Source: Bacilli bacterium
GTDB taxonomy: Bacteria; Bacillota_I; Bacilli_A; RF39; UBA660
DNA length: 64,000 bases
Reading direction: 5' to 3'
NCBI GenBank assembly: GCA_045541255.1
Contig: JAZQIU010000006.1
Coordinates: 109,504-173,503 of the forward strand
In this document: positions 20,985 through 31,767 of the stretch, in pieces
How the letters are laid out: each line of letters opens with the position of its first letter
Position numbering within the stretch: position 1 is the first letter of the stretch
Program-made: the position numbers and the translations under genes
The notes under the pieces: generated by a model
What the model saw: only the letters and a program-made list of their open reading frames with translations
The model's database searches: none
What the model was told of the DNA's origin: nothing

Positions 20985-21784
20985 GTGAGGCTCAAAAAGT
21001 AATTAAATATTTAGCAATAGCATTTGCTGTATTTTTGATAATTAATATATTTTCAGCAATGTTTTATGGTTTGAATTCATTAAGTAATATATTTGATGAA
21101 GAAAAAAGTATTACTAATGAATTAAAAGATGTAGATATAAATTCTTCTGTATCTATATTAAGTATAGATGTTACAACAGCTAATTTAATTATTAAAACTG
21201 GTGATGTTTTAAATATTGAAACTGATAATGATGATATAAAAGTTAGACAAGATAATAATAAAATTTATATAGAAGAAAATACTAATTGGTTTAAATTTAA
21301 TAATGATTCTAATTTGTTAATTACTGTACCTAGTTCTTTAGTATTTGCTGGTGTTGCTGTTGATACAGGTGCTGGTAAACTTGATATAAATAATTTAACA
21401 ACAGATAATTTATATTTAGATTTGGGTGCTGGTAAAGCAAATATTAATAATGTGACTGTTAATAAAGTAGCTGAAATTGATGGTGGAGCTGGTGAAATTA
21501 ATATAAAAACAAGTGTTATTAATAATTTGGATATGGATATGGGAGTAGGTAAAGTATATTTAAATGCTCAGTTATTAGGAAATAATGAAATAGATTCTGG
21601 TGTAGGCAAAGTTGATATTGATTTAATTGGTACAATAAATGATTATAAAATAACTTTAGATAAAGGTATTGGAGAAACAATTATAGATGGTAAGTCTATA
21701 GTAAGTGGAACTTATGGTAGTGGAGCAAGTAAGATGAGTATCGATGGTGGGGTAGGAAGCATAAATGTTTCTTTAGATAAATAG
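20981..21784 (+). CDS. LiaG/DUF4097-like beta-helical putative adhesin
   Basis: N-terminal TM and repeated GAGK/GVGK...I/L turns (DTGAGKLDIN, LGAGKANIN, GGAGEINIK, MGVGKVYLN, SGVGKVDID). Translationally coupled to the LiaF-like gene. Confidence 0.55.
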   Translation: MSEAQKVIKYLAIAFAVFLIINIFSAMFYGLNSLSNIFDEEKSITNELKDVDINSSVSILSIDVTTANLIIKTGDVLNIETDNDDIKVRQDNNKIYIEENTNWFKFNNDSNLLITVPSSLVFAGVAVDTGAGKLDINNLTTDNLYLDLGAGKANINNVTVNKVAEIDGGAGEINIKTSVINNLDMDMGVGKVYLNAQLLGNNEIDSGVGKVDIDLIGTINDYKITLDKGIGETIIDGKSIVSGTYGSGASKMSIDGGVGSINVSLDK

Positions 21785-21808
21785 ATGTCAGTGTGGCATC
21801 TATTTTTT
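21781..21808 (+). terminator. Rho-independent terminator
   Basis: 10-bp stem atagatgtca / tggcatctat followed by TTTTT. Confidence 0.6.
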
Positions 21809-21963
21809 GTTGTCATAAAATAAATTGGTGATATAATGTTTAATATAAGTGATGCAATATATGCATCAAATGTTTTAAATATTTCTTTTGATAAATTTAC
21901 AATATATGGGTTTTCCATCTATAATTCATATTATGGTATAAAAAATTTTGAAAAGTTTTTAAA

Positions 21964-22854
21964 ATGGAGAATGTTAGGAGAATAAATGTGGAAAGATTTA
22001 AAAAAGTTAAAATTGCTAGTATATTAGGAATTGTTGGCAATTTATTTTTGTTCGTTATAAAAAGTATTATTGGAGTTTTTACCAATAGTAGTGCTATGAT
22101 TGCTGATTCTTTTAATAGTTTAGGAGATATATTATCTTCTTTAATAACTTTTATAGGGAATAAGATAGCCAGCAAACAAGCGGATGATGATCATAATTTG
22201 GGGCATGGTAAAGCGGAATATGTTTATTCAATGTTAATGAGTATTGTTATGATTATAGCTTCTTTTATTGTGTTAAAGAATTCTATCTTTTCAATATTTG
22301 AAAGTGAAAAATTTACTTTTTCAATATGGTTGATAATTATTTGTATAATTACTTTAGTTGTAAAATTTTCTTTATATATGTATACAAATAAAATTGCAAA
22401 AGAACAAAATAATTTATTAATAAAAGCTAACAGTAATGATCATAGAAATGATTGTTTAATTACAAGTTTAACTTTAGTGTCTAGTTTATTATCGTTAAAA
22501 AATTTATATTATTTAGATGGTATTATTGGTTCATTAATATCTATATGGATTATACTATCTTATATAAAAATATTTTTAGAGAGTTATGATGTATTGATGG
22601 ATAAGTCTATATCTAATGATACAAAGAATAAAGTTTATGAAATAATTAATAGTCATAAAGAAATAAAAAAGATACAACATTTTGTATCTACTCCAGTAGG
22701 TTATAAATATCAAATATCTTTTACTATATTTGTTGATGGTAATATGTCAACATTTGAAAGTCATGAAATAGCAGATAAGTTAGAAAAAGAAATAAACTCT
22801 AAAGTAGAAGATGTATACTTAACTGTTATTCATGTTAATCCTTATGAAGAATAA
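21964..22854 (+). CDS. Cation diffusion facilitator (CDF) family transporter
   Basis: The TM1-2 signature NLFLFVIKSIIGVFTNSSAMIADSFNSLGD, HxxxD-type residues (DDDHNLGHGKAEY) and a C-terminal cytoplasmic domain. Confidence 0.85.
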   Translation: MENVRRINVERFKKVKIASILGIVGNLFLFVIKSIIGVFTNSSAMIADSFNSLGDILSSLITFIGNKIASKQADDDHNLGHGKAEYVYSMLMSIVMIIASFIVLKNSIFSIFESEKFTFSIWLIIICIITLVVKFSLYMYTNKIAKEQNNLLIKANSNDHRNDCLITSLTLVSSLLSLKNLYYLDGIIGSLISIWIILSYIKIFLESYDVLMDKSISNDTKNKVYEIINSHKEIKKIQHFVSTPVGYKYQISFTIFVDGNMSTFESHEIADKLEKEINSKVEDVYLTVIHVNPYEE

Positions 22855-22926
22855 AACTATATTATATAGTTTTTTTGTTTTATTAGATGAAATGTGTTAT
22901 AATAGTTTTCGCTTTGGAGGGGTATT

Positions 22927-23439
22927 ATGGTTAATATAAGAGATATTTATAATAAAATTGATATTCAATTAATGGAAGAAGATTATTGGAATTTAGATAT
23001 AGAAGATAGAAAGAGATTAATTGATAAGTTTTTAAAACAATATATTATTCTTAAAATTAATGAAATTAATTTTAATGCTTTATGTGAAACGAATAAAGAG
23101 TTGAGTACTATTGAATTATTTGAATTATTAAGTAGTTTGATACCTAAAGAAGAACATTTTGAAACTATTAGGCATTTTACTCACTATATTTTGCAAATAA
23201 GTTCTAATTTACAAGGTTGGTCTATTATTTGGTGGGGAGAAGAAGATGATGAGTTAGTTGAAAATCCTTTAGTAGAATTTGATATAGATGGTAAGTGGAA
23301 TAAACTTGTTACTGATAATAGAACTGATTTAGTTAAGACTTTTAAATTTGCATATCATATATTTATGAATGAATTTATGATAATTAAAAAAGATGAAATA
23401 AAAAGATTAAAGTTTGGTTTAAAAGAAATAGAAAAATGA
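22927..23439 (+). CDS. Hypothetical protein
   Basis: 170-aa ORF with RBS ggagggg; no motif recognised. Confidence 0.45.
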   Translation: MVNIRDIYNKIDIQLMEEDYWNLDIEDRKRLIDKFLKQYIILKINEINFNALCETNKELSTIELFELLSSLIPKEEHFETIRHFTHYILQISSNLQGWSIIWWGEEDDELVENPLVEFDIDGKWNKLVTDNRTDLVKTFKFAYHIFMNEFMIIKKDEIKRLKFGLKEIEK

Positions 23440-23648
23440 GAAGTGTTATAAAATATCTATAAAAAATTTTGGTTTATGTCTTTTCTAATTATTTTTGCTT
23501 TTTGTTGGATATTTTTTACTTTAAGATTGATGCTAAAAGAATTAATGTATATAAATAAATTTTTATTAAAAGAGATTGTTTTAAGTTTTTATGTTATAAT
23601 TTAATTGATTTGGTACAATATATTTTTGTTTGTATGTGGTGATAAAGA

Positions 23649-25145
23649 ATGGATAATACTGAATACATAAATAAACTTTCATTAGAAGAAAAAAATAAAT
23701 TAAAAGATTTTTTTTGTTTGTTTGATAGTGTGTGCTTGATGGAAGATGATGATAAAAATAAGTTAAAACTTGATTTTGAAAATGCGATTATATATTATTT
23801 AAAATGTGATAAAAAATTAGATGAGATATTAGAACTTTTAGAAATAAAAAAATTAGGGCATTTTTATAATAAAAATGAGAATTCATTTAAATGTTTTATG
23901 CTTGATGATGCTGCAAAATTATATCCTTTATCCCTTCAAAAAAATAAAATGGCTATATTTAGGGTATCGGTTTATTTGAAAGAAATTGTTGTTCCTGAAT
24001 TATTACAAATGGCTTTGAATTTTACTATAAAAAGATATCCAACTTTTGCTACCTCTTTGAAAAAAGGCTTTTTTTGGCATTATTTATCTAGTAATATAAG
24101 ACATTATGAAATAGAAAAAGAAAAAACCTATCCTTGTCAATCGTTTCAAATTGATGATGATTCTCAATTGTTTAAAGTGCTTTATTTTAAGAATCGTATT
24201 AGTGTTGAATTTTTTCATGGTTTAACAGATGGTGTAGGTGGTATTACTTTTTTAAAAACCTTGATTGCTGAATATTTAAAATTAAAAAGTTTGAAAGTTG
24301 AAAATACGTTTAGAATATTAGATGCTGATGCATTTCCCAATATAGAGGAATATGAAAATGCGTTTGCTAAAGTTCCTAAAACATTAAAATCTGGTGGTTT
24401 TATAACGTCCAAGGCAGTACAAATGGTAGGTGAACTATCCGATGTTAAACCATGCAAAGTCCTACATTTTAAAATTGACGCCAATAAAATAAAATTATTA
24501 GCGAGAAAATATAATGTGACGGTAACTGCATATATTTTATCGATTATGTTTTTAGCGATAAAAATGTCAACTAATAAAATAAAAGGATATATAGGTATTC
24601 AAGTTCCTGTAAATATGAGAAAATTTTATTTTCCAAAAACTATTCGTAATTTTTCAATGTACTGCAATATACGCTTAAAAGTTGAAGAAATTATTGAATT
24701 TGATGATTTGGTAAATAAAGTAAATATTCAATTAAAAAATAAATCTTCAAAAGAAGCGATGGTTAATATGGTAACTGCTACTGAAAAAATAGTTAAATAT
24801 TTAAGTTATATCCCTATAATTATAAAAAAACCATTAGTAAAAATTGTATATGGATTTTTAGGGGATAAAGTATTTTCTAATACTCTATCAAATTTGGGGG
24901 ATATACAATTACCTAATTTTATATCTGAAAATATAGAAAATATAGATTTTGTATTGGGTGCAGGTATTACTAATAGAGCAGGTTGTGCTGTTATTACTGT
25001 TAACAATATTTTGAATTTTTCTATAAGTAAAATGACTTATGATACAACTTATGAGGAAAAAATGTATGAGCTATTACAAAAAAATGGTATTGATGTTGAA
25101 ATAATAGATAATGAATTAAATAAAATTAATATTAAAAATAGTTAG
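23649..25145 (+). CDS. Condensation-domain-like acyltransferase (HxxxDG motif)
   Basis: 498 aa carrying FFHGLTDGVGG, which matches the HHxxxDG catalytic motif of NRPS-C / alcohol acetyltransferase-type enzymes. Assignment rests on the motif only. Confidence 0.45.
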   Translation: MDNTEYINKLSLEEKNKLKDFFCLFDSVCLMEDDDKNKLKLDFENAIIYYLKCDKKLDEILELLEIKKLGHFYNKNENSFKCFMLDDAAKLYPLSLQKNKMAIFRVSVYLKEIVVPELLQMALNFTIKRYPTFATSLKKGFFWHYLSSNIRHYEIEKEKTYPCQSFQIDDDSQLFKVLYFKNRISVEFFHGLTDGVGGITFLKTLIAEYLKLKSLKVENTFRILDADAFPNIEEYENAFAKVPKTLKSGGFITSKAVQMVGELSDVKPCKVLHFKIDANKIKLLARKYNVTVTAYILSIMFLAIKMSTNKIKGYIGIQVPVNMRKFYFPKTIRNFSMYCNIRLKVEEIIEFDDLVNKVNIQLKNKSSKEAMVNMVTATEKIVKYLSYIPIIIKKPLVKIVYGFLGDKVFSNTLSNLGDIQLPNFISENIENIDFVLGAGITNRAGCAVITVNNILNFSISKMTYDTTYEEKMYELLQKNGIDVEIIDNELNKINIKNS

Positions 25146-25243
25146 AATAAAGAAAGTAATATTAAAAGATTAAATATATACGATTTATTATAAAACATTT
25201 TAAATGAAAAGAGTTTGTTTTATTTAAAAAATATTTAATTCAA

Positions 25244-25276
25244 TAAAAAACTTACAAACTATAATAGTTTGTAAGT
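25244..25276 (-). terminator. Terminator downstream of tRNA-Gly
   Basis: 11-bp stem acttacaaact / agtttgtaagt with loop ataat; the T-run is on the minus strand. Confidence 0.55.
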
Positions 25277-25285
25277 TGAATTCTC

Positions 25286-25360
25286 TGGAGCAAGTGAGCG
25301 GAATCGAACCGCCGTCTCAGCCTTGGCAAGGCCGCATACTAACCGCTGTACTACACCTGC
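25286..25360 (-). tRNA. tRNA-Gly (anticodon GCC)
   Basis: The reverse complement reads GCAGGTGTAGTACAGCGGTTAGTATGCGGCCTTGCCAAGGCTGAGACGGCGGTTCGATTCCGCTCACTTGCTCCA. It has an acceptor stem, a D-loop AGCGGTTA, the anticodon loop TTGCCAA, the T-loop GGTTCGATTCC and an encoded CCA. Confidence 0.85.
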
Positions 25361-25458
25361 GTGCATTAATAATATATCAAAATAATTTTTAGAATGCAAG
25401 AGTTTATTGACTAGTTTTCTTTTAAATATTATAATTTATTTATTGAGAGGTAGTTAAA

Positions 25459-26943
25459 ATGTTAAGAAGTATAGTTAGTTTTATAGGACAAAGTTATTTA
25501 ACTAGTAAAAATATATATAATATAATTGGAACTGTTTTGGCAGTTATGACATTATATAAGGCGGTTTATTGGGCAATAGGTTTTTTATTTACTAGAAAAT
25601 TTAAGCCTGCTAAGAATAATCATAAGTATGGTATTTTAATTGCTGCTAGAAATGAAGAAGCGGTTATTGGGAATTTATTGGATAGTATTAATAAACAAGA
25701 TTATCCTAAAGATTTATTAACAGTTTTTGTAGTTGCTGATAATTGTACTGATAATACTGCTGATATTGCTCGTAAGCATGGGGCTAAAGTTTATGAAAGA
25801 CAAGATCCTAGTAGAAGAACAAAAGGATTTGCGTTACAATTTTTATTTGAAAATATTAAGAAAGATTATGGCATTGAATCATTTGAAGGTTACTTTATAT
25901 TTGATGCAGATAATTTATTAAATAAAAATTATATTACTAAGATGAATGATGCTTTTGATAGTGGAGAAAAGATTATTACTTCATATCGTAATACTAAGAA
26001 TTTTGATGAAAATTGGATAGCCTCAACTTATGCATTACATTGGATACGTAGTATTCGTGCTAATCATAGAGCTAGAAGTGTATTACATTTAGCGACTAAT
26101 ATACAAGGTACAGGTTTCTTATTTGCTAATGAAATAGTAAGAAATGGTTGGAATTATACAGGTTTAACTGAAGATAGAGCTTTGACAGCTGATGCAGTTG
26201 CTCGTGGATATCAAATAACTTATCAAGATGAAGCTGAATTCTTTGATGAACAACCTATAAGTTTAAAAGTAGCTTTAAGACAAAGATTACGTTGGAGTAA
26301 AGGACATTTATTAGCATTCTTAGAAACTGGTCCTAAGTTATTTGTTAATATATTCTTTGGTAAATTATTTATAAAAGATAAATGGGGAATTGAAGATAAA
26401 AAAAGAGGTTTCTGGGCTGGATTATTAGAATCTATAAGACATCGTTTTGCTAGTTATGATACATTAATGCAATTAACTCCATTAGTAGTATTTAACTTGG
26501 CTAGATGGTTGTTAGTAAGTGTTGTTATTTATGCTTGTTATTCATATAGCAATGGTGTTGGTGCATATTTATTTGGTGGTAATTCTATTTTTGCTCGTAT
26601 TTTATCATTTGTTTTTGATAAACCGGTTGTAGAGATTACTCCTGGAGTTAGTGCATTCTTTATATCTATGTTACTTGCTATATGGTTAAGATTATTATAC
26701 AGAATGGGTGCTTATATAAAGAATATGTGGGTAGCTGTTTATGTATTTATAGTTGAAAGACATAGAATTAAGAAAATACCTTTTATGAAAAAAGTTTTAT
26801 ATACTATTACTTGGCCAATATTTGATATTATAGGACGATATACAACATATGCTGCTTTATTTGTTAAAGTAGAATGGAAACCTATACCACATGTTAGTAA
26901 AGTAACTATAGATGAAGTAGATACTTCAAATGGGGTGAAGTAA
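25459..26943 (+). CDS. Processive family-2 glycosyltransferase (membrane-embedded)
   Basis: GT2 motifs are present (ILIAARNEE, VVADNCTDNT, FDADN, TEDRALT, QRLRWSKG = QxxRW), flanked by N- and C-terminal TM helices. Confidence 0.85.
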   Translation: MLRSIVSFIGQSYLTSKNIYNIIGTVLAVMTLYKAVYWAIGFLFTRKFKPAKNNHKYGILIAARNEEAVIGNLLDSINKQDYPKDLLTVFVVADNCTDNTADIARKHGAKVYERQDPSRRTKGFALQFLFENIKKDYGIESFEGYFIFDADNLLNKNYITKMNDAFDSGEKIITSYRNTKNFDENWIASTYALHWIRSIRANHRARSVLHLATNIQGTGFLFANEIVRNGWNYTGLTEDRALTADAVARGYQITYQDEAEFFDEQPISLKVALRQRLRWSKGHLLAFLETGPKLFVNIFFGKLFIKDKWGIEDKKRGFWAGLLESIRHRFASYDTLMQLTPLVVFNLARWLLVSVVIYACYSYSNGVGAYLFGGNSIFARILSFVFDKPVVEITPGVSAFFISMLLAIWLRLLYRMGAYIKNMWVAVYVFIVERHRIKKIPFMKKVLYTITWPIFDIIGRYTTYAALFVKVEWKPIPHVSKVTIDEVDTSNGVK

Positions 26944-27128
26944 TGAAAAAATATATAGATCAAATATTTTATGAAGGTTTAGGAAAAAGTATATATTATC
27001 CTATAGAGAAATTAATAGATAAAATAAATAATAAGACTGTTAAAAATATATTTACAATTATTGTAAAGTGTATATATTTTATAGTTGCAATAACTATAGC
27101 ATTTATGTTATTTTATTTCGTGAAATAA
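26943..27128 (+). CDS. Small membrane protein
   Basis: 61 aa, start overlapping the GT2 stop (ATGA), with one C-terminal TM helix. Confidence 0.4.
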   Translation: MKKYIDQIFYEGLGKSIYYPIEKLIDKINNKTVKNIFTIIVKCIYFIVAITIAFMLFYFVK

Positions 27129-27198
27129 GTTCATTTAGTATGAACTTTTTATTTTGGTTAAAGTATGCTATAATTGGCGTATAAAGAGGGTATTATTT

Positions 27199-29235
27199 AT
27201 GAAGGAAAAGTTTAAGAAATTTTTAGATAAAGAAAATATTAAAAATACGTATAAAAAAGTAAAGAAAAATGTTTTAAATTATGTTAAACATAATAGGTTA
27301 TTTTTATCTTATGTTATTTTATGTTTTATAAATTGTTTTTTAATAAGATGGATAACAGTAGGTAATTGGTATAATCAAAAAACTATTTTTATTGATTTAT
27401 CTGTTGCTGTATTTTTTGGTTCTTTTGCTTATTTATTTAAACCAAATAATCAGTTTAAATATTTGATAATATTAGTTATTATTAATACTGCTATTTGTAT
27501 AATTAATGGTATATATTATAGTTTTTATTCTTCTTTTGCTTCATTTAGTTTATTAACTGCTTTAGGGCAAGTAGGAGAAGTAGGAGATGCAGTATTAGAA
27601 AAATTACAAATACAACATTTTATATATTTAGTACCTTTTATATTATTTTGGTATATAAATAAAAGATTAGTAAAAAAAGATTATTTTAATTATGTTAAAA
27701 AGATAGAAAAGGGTAGAAAACTTTTTGTTGGTAGTTTAGTAGTAAGTATACTTGTATTAGGTTTAAATCTATCTATGATTAGTGGTACTAGTTATAGTAG
27801 TTTAGTTAAACAATGGAATAGAGAAACTATAGTTAAAAGTTTTGGTATAGTTATATATCAAGGTAATGATTTAGTTCAAACTACTAGAAGTAAGTTAAAT
27901 AGTTTATTTGGATATGATGAAGCTAGTAGAAAGTTTGTAGAATATTATAATACTAAAGAAAAAGAAGAAAGTGATAATAAGTATAGTAATATTTTTGAAG
28001 GAAAGAATGTTGTAATGATGCATTTAGAAAGTATGATGACTTTCTTTGTGGATTTAAAGATAAATGGTGTTGAAGTAACTCCTAACTTAAATAAGCTAAC
28101 TAAACAGGGGTTATATTTTAGTAATTTTTATCCTGAAATAAGTGTAGGTACAAGTAGTGATACAGAGTTTACTGTTAATACTTCATTACTTCCTGTATCA
28201 AGTGGTACAGTATTTGTTAGTTATTATGATAGATATTATGAAAGTTTAGAAAGATTATTAAGTGATAAAGGATATTATACATTTAGTATGCATGGTAATA
28301 AGGCTAGTATGTGGAACAGACATAAGATGCATCCTAGTTTAGGTTATCAAGGTATGTATTTTGAAGATAGTTATAATATAGATGAAGTAGTTGGATTAGG
28401 TTTATCTGATGTATCTTTCTTTAATCAAATTATTCCTATTTTAACTCAAATAGAGAATGAAAATAAGAATTATATGGGTACTATAATAACTTTATCAAAT
28501 CATACTCCTTTTGCTGATTTAGATAAATATGGTGAAGATATAACATTAACTTATACTACAACTATTACAAATGAAGATGGAGAAAAAGAAGAAGTAGTAT
28601 ATGATTATTTAGAGGGAACTAAGCTTGGTAATTATATAAAGAGTGCTCATTATGCAGATATGGCTTTAGGGCAATTTATAGATTCTTTATATACTAACAA
28701 TATAATGAATGATACTGTATTTGTTATGTATGGAGATCATGACGCTAAGTTATCTAAGAATGAATTTAATCGTTATTATAATTATGATTTTACTACTGGA
28801 GAAATAAAAGATAAAGATGGTCCAACATATATAGAATATGATTATTATGCAAATGAATTAAATAAAAATACTCCATTAATAATATGGACTAAAGATAATA
28901 AGTATCAAAAAGAAATAAAGTATCCTATGGGTATGATAGATGTTTTACCTACAATAGCAAATATGTTAGGTTTAGAAACTAATTTTGCTTTAGGACATGA
29001 TATATTTGAAATAAAATATGATAATATAGTTCCTTTCCCTAATGGTAACTTCTTAACTAAACAAGTATATTATAATCATAGTAAAGAAGAGTATGTATCT
29101 TTAACTAATGAACCTATTGATGAAACATATATAGAAGAATGTAAAGAATATACGGAAACTATTATAGAATTATCTAATGATATAGTAGTTTATGATTTGA
29201 TAAAGAATGAAAAAGATAGAGTGGTTAGTGAATGA
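27199..29235 (+). CDS. LtaS-like sulfatase-family (phosphoglycerol transferase) membrane protein
   Basis: Five N-terminal TM helices followed by an extracellular sulfatase/alkaline-phosphatase-like domain (VVMMHLESM..., EISVGTSSDTEF, SMHGNKASMWNR, YGDHD). Start moved to ATG 27199. Confidence 0.8.
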   Translation: MKEKFKKFLDKENIKNTYKKVKKNVLNYVKHNRLFLSYVILCFINCFLIRWITVGNWYNQKTIFIDLSVAVFFGSFAYLFKPNNQFKYLIILVIINTAICIINGIYYSFYSSFASFSLLTALGQVGEVGDAVLEKLQIQHFIYLVPFILFWYINKRLVKKDYFNYVKKIEKGRKLFVGSLVVSILVLGLNLSMISGTSYSSLVKQWNRETIVKSFGIVIYQGNDLVQTTRSKLNSLFGYDEASRKFVEYYNTKEKEESDNKYSNIFEGKNVVMMHLESMMTFFVDLKINGVEVTPNLNKLTKQGLYFSNFYPEISVGTSSDTEFTVNTSLLPVSSGTVFVSYYDRYYESLERLLSDKGYYTFSMHGNKASMWNRHKMHPSLGYQGMYFEDSYNIDEVVGLGLSDVSFFNQIIPILTQIENENKNYMGTIITLSNHTPFADLDKYGEDITLTYTTTITNEDGEKEEVVYDYLEGTKLGNYIKSAHYADMALGQFIDSLYTNNIMNDTVFVMYGDHDAKLSKNEFNRYYNYDFTTGEIKDKDGPTYIEYDYYANELNKNTPLIIWTKDNKYQKEIKYPMGMIDVLPTIANMLGLETNFALGHDIFEIKYDNIVPFPNGNFLTKQVYYNHSKEEYVSLTNEPIDETYIEECKEYTETIIELSNDIVVYDLIKNEKDRVVSE

Positions 29236-29846
29236 AAAAGAAAAAGATTGGGATTGTAGTTTGTTTTATTCTATTAATATATTTTATAGGTGGGATATTT
29301 TATAATATATTTTTAGATAGAAGTGATACTAAGAAAAAAAATAATGTTAATCAAAATTTACAAATAAAAGGTTTTGAGTACTTATTGAATGATGATGATA
29401 CTGAATTATTGAAAAGTGAATTTAAAAAGTTAAAGAACAATTTAGAAAGTAGTAATATTAATTATAATGAATATGCTTTAAGTATAAGCAAAATGTTTAT
29501 AATTGATTTATATACTCTAAATAATAAAAAGAATATGTATGATGTAGGCGGGGTACAGTTTGTATATCCTGATGCTCGAGAAAATTTTAAATTAAATGTT
29601 GAAAATACTTTATATAAGTATATGGAAGATAATAGTGATGGTAAAAGAGTTCAAGATTTACCTGAAGTTAGTAATGTAGAAGTTACTAGTGATGAAGTAT
29701 ATGAATATACTATTGGTGAAGAAAAGTATGAGGGATATAAGATTAATCTTGACATAAGTTATGTTAAAGATTTAGAATATGACGCAAAAGCTGAATTAAT
29801 ATTAGTTAAAGTAGATAAATACTTGTATATTGTTGAAAAAAATTAG
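29232..29846 (+). CDS. Hypothetical membrane-anchored protein
   Basis: 204 aa with one N-terminal TM helix; overlaps the stop of the LtaS-like gene. Confidence 0.45.
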   Translation: MKKKKIGIVVCFILLIYFIGGIFYNIFLDRSDTKKKNNVNQNLQIKGFEYLLNDDDTELLKSEFKKLKNNLESSNINYNEYALSISKMFIIDLYTLNNKKNMYDVGGVQFVYPDARENFKLNVENTLYKYMEDNSDGKRVQDLPEVSNVEVTSDEVYEYTIGEEKYEGYKINLDISYVKDLEYDAKAELILVKVDKYLYIVEKN

Positions 29847-29877
29847 AAGCTTATGCTTCTTTTTTAGGAGGTGCTAT

Positions 29878-31437
29878 ATGACAGATATAGAAATAACTAA
29901 AAGATTTAAAATGAAAAATATAGAAAGTTTATTAAATGAACTTGATATAAAAGATTATGAATTATATGGTAACTATAAAGCGAAAATAAATAGTATTGAT
30001 AGTAATAGAAATGGTAATGTTATTTTAGTAACTGCTATTAATCCTACACCTTATGGTGAAGGTAAAACTACTGTTGCTATTGGTATTCATGATGCTATGT
30101 GTAAGCTAGGTAAGTCTAGTATGTTAGTTTTAAGAGAACCATCTATGGGACCGGTGTTTGGTATTAAAGGTGGTGCTACTGGTGGTGGTTATTCACAAAT
30201 AGTGCCCATGGAAGATATTAATTTACATTTTACTGGTGATTTTCATGCTATAACTAGTGCAAATAATTTAATTAGTGCTTGTATAGATAATAGTATATAT
30301 TTTGGGAATCCATTGCGTATTAAAAAAGTTTTATTTGAAAGATGTTTAGATGTTAATGATAGAAGTTTAAGAGATATAAAGGTTGGATATAATTCTAAAT
30401 TTAATATAACAGCAGCGAGTGAAATAATGGCTATTTTTTGTTTAGCGAAAAATGAAGAAGATTTAAGAGAAAGATTAGATAACATAATAATAGGTATCGA
30501 TGAAGATGATAATGAAGTATATTTAAAGAGTTTAGATATAACTGGTTCATTATTAGTTTTGTTGAAAGATGCTATTAAGCCTAATTTAGTTCAAACATTA
30601 TATAATAATCCTGTATTAGTTCATGGTGGTCCTTTTGCTAATATAGCTCATGGATGTAATAGTGTTATTGCTACTAATATGGCTACTAAGTTAAGTGATT
30701 ATGTTATAACAGAAGCTGGTTTTGGTAGTGATGCAGGTGCTGTTAAATTTTTTGATATAAAATGTAGAGAAAATAACATTAATCCATTGTGTATAGTTTT
30801 AGTTTGTACTTTGCGAGCTTTAAAATATAATGGTGAAGGTGTATTAGAAAATGGACTTTGCAATTTAGGTATACATATTGAAAATATGAAGAAATTTAAT
30901 CAAAATATTATTGTAACTTTAAATAAGTTTGAAGATGATACCCTTGAAGAAATTGAATGTATTAAAAAATATGTTGATGAATATAATGTTCCATTTACCA
31001 TCAATACTGCTTATACTGATGGAGAAGATGGCGCTATTGAAATAGTAGAAGAAATTGTTAAATGTAGAGAATGCAATTTAAATTTACTTTATAATTTAAA
31101 TGATAGTTTAGAGAATAAAATTAATATAATGTGTAAGGAAATATGTAGAGCGAGTGAAGTAGAATTTACGCGTGTTGCATTAGAAAAAATAAAAAAATAC
31201 TCTAATTTAGAGTATCCAATTTGTATTGCTAAAACTCAGTATAGTATAAGTGATAATCCTAAATTGTTAGGTGCACCAATTAATACTAAAATAACTGTTA
31301 GTGATATTAAAGTAAATAATGGAGCTAAATTCATAACTGTATATTTAGGAAATATACTTACTATGCCTGGTTTAAGCAAAGTACCTAATGCTACAAATAT
31401 AAACTTAGATAATAACGAAATAGTTGGATTGTTCTAA
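29878..31437 (+). CDS. fhs: Formate--tetrahydrofolate ligase
   Basis: Carries PTPYGEGKTTVAIGI (P-loop of FTHFS), EPSMGPVFGIKGGATGGGYSQ and FANIAHGCNS. Start at ATG 29878 after RBS aggagg. Confidence 0.9.
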   Translation: MTDIEITKRFKMKNIESLLNELDIKDYELYGNYKAKINSIDSNRNGNVILVTAINPTPYGEGKTTVAIGIHDAMCKLGKSSMLVLREPSMGPVFGIKGGATGGGYSQIVPMEDINLHFTGDFHAITSANNLISACIDNSIYFGNPLRIKKVLFERCLDVNDRSLRDIKVGYNSKFNITAASEIMAIFCLAKNEEDLRERLDNIIIGIDEDDNEVYLKSLDITGSLLVLLKDAIKPNLVQTLYNNPVLVHGGPFANIAHGCNSVIATNMATKLSDYVITEAGFGSDAGAVKFFDIKCRENNINPLCIVLVCTLRALKYNGEGVLENGLCNLGIHIENMKKFNQNIIVTLNKFEDDTLEEIECIKKYVDEYNVPFTINTAYTDGEDGAIEIVEEIVKCRECNLNLLYNLNDSLENKINIMCKEICRASEVEFTRVALEKIKKYSNLEYPICIAKTQYSISDNPKLLGAPINTKITVSDIKVNNGAKFITVYLGNILTMPGLSKVPNATNINLDNNEIVGLF

Positions 31438-31444
31438 CTATTTT

Positions 31445-31645
31445 TTAATGTTCATCTAAATCCATTACTAGTATTCCAATATTGATTAATCCAGTTAATC
31501 CTACTAATGAATATATAATTCTTGGAATAATTGAATCAACACCAAATATTGCTTCAACTAAGTTAAAATCTAATAGACCGATTAAACCCCAGTTGATAGC
31601 ACCTATTATTGTAACACTTAAACATATCTTCTGTAATGTATTCAT
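31445..31645 (-). CDS. DUF378 family small membrane protein
   Basis: 66 aa; GAINWGLIGLLDFNLV is the characteristic DUF378 motif. Confidence 0.75.
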   Translation of the reverse strand: MNTLQKICLSVTIIGAINWGLIGLLDFNLVEAIFGVDSIIPRIIYSLVGLTGLINIGILVMDLDEH

Positions 31646-31767
31646 ATTAAACCTCTTTTCTGTTACTAGTATGTATTATTATTTTTATATTATACATATA
31701 AATTTTATTATAATTTTTAGAATAAAAAATAGTAATAAAAATATAGTATATTAGAAAAGGGGAGTTT

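Noticed and set aside
20276-20995. 239-aa minus-strand ORF covering the LiaF-like gene
   Set aside because: It is an antisense shadow of a motif-bearing + strand gene, with a low-complexity Ile/Phe/Leu/Ser composition typical of AT-rich antisense frames. The same reasoning applies to 94-297, 1576-1917, 8965-9237, 11709-11891, 17792-18031, 19157-19387, 21712-22175, 24215-24484, 24806-25006, 25733-25921, 26739-26963, 30243-30485, 31482-31754, 32387-32575, 33698-34210, 37676-37882, 40059-40871, 47592-47888, 54871-55086, 55959-56171, 60575-60772, 61396-61662 and 63343-63837.
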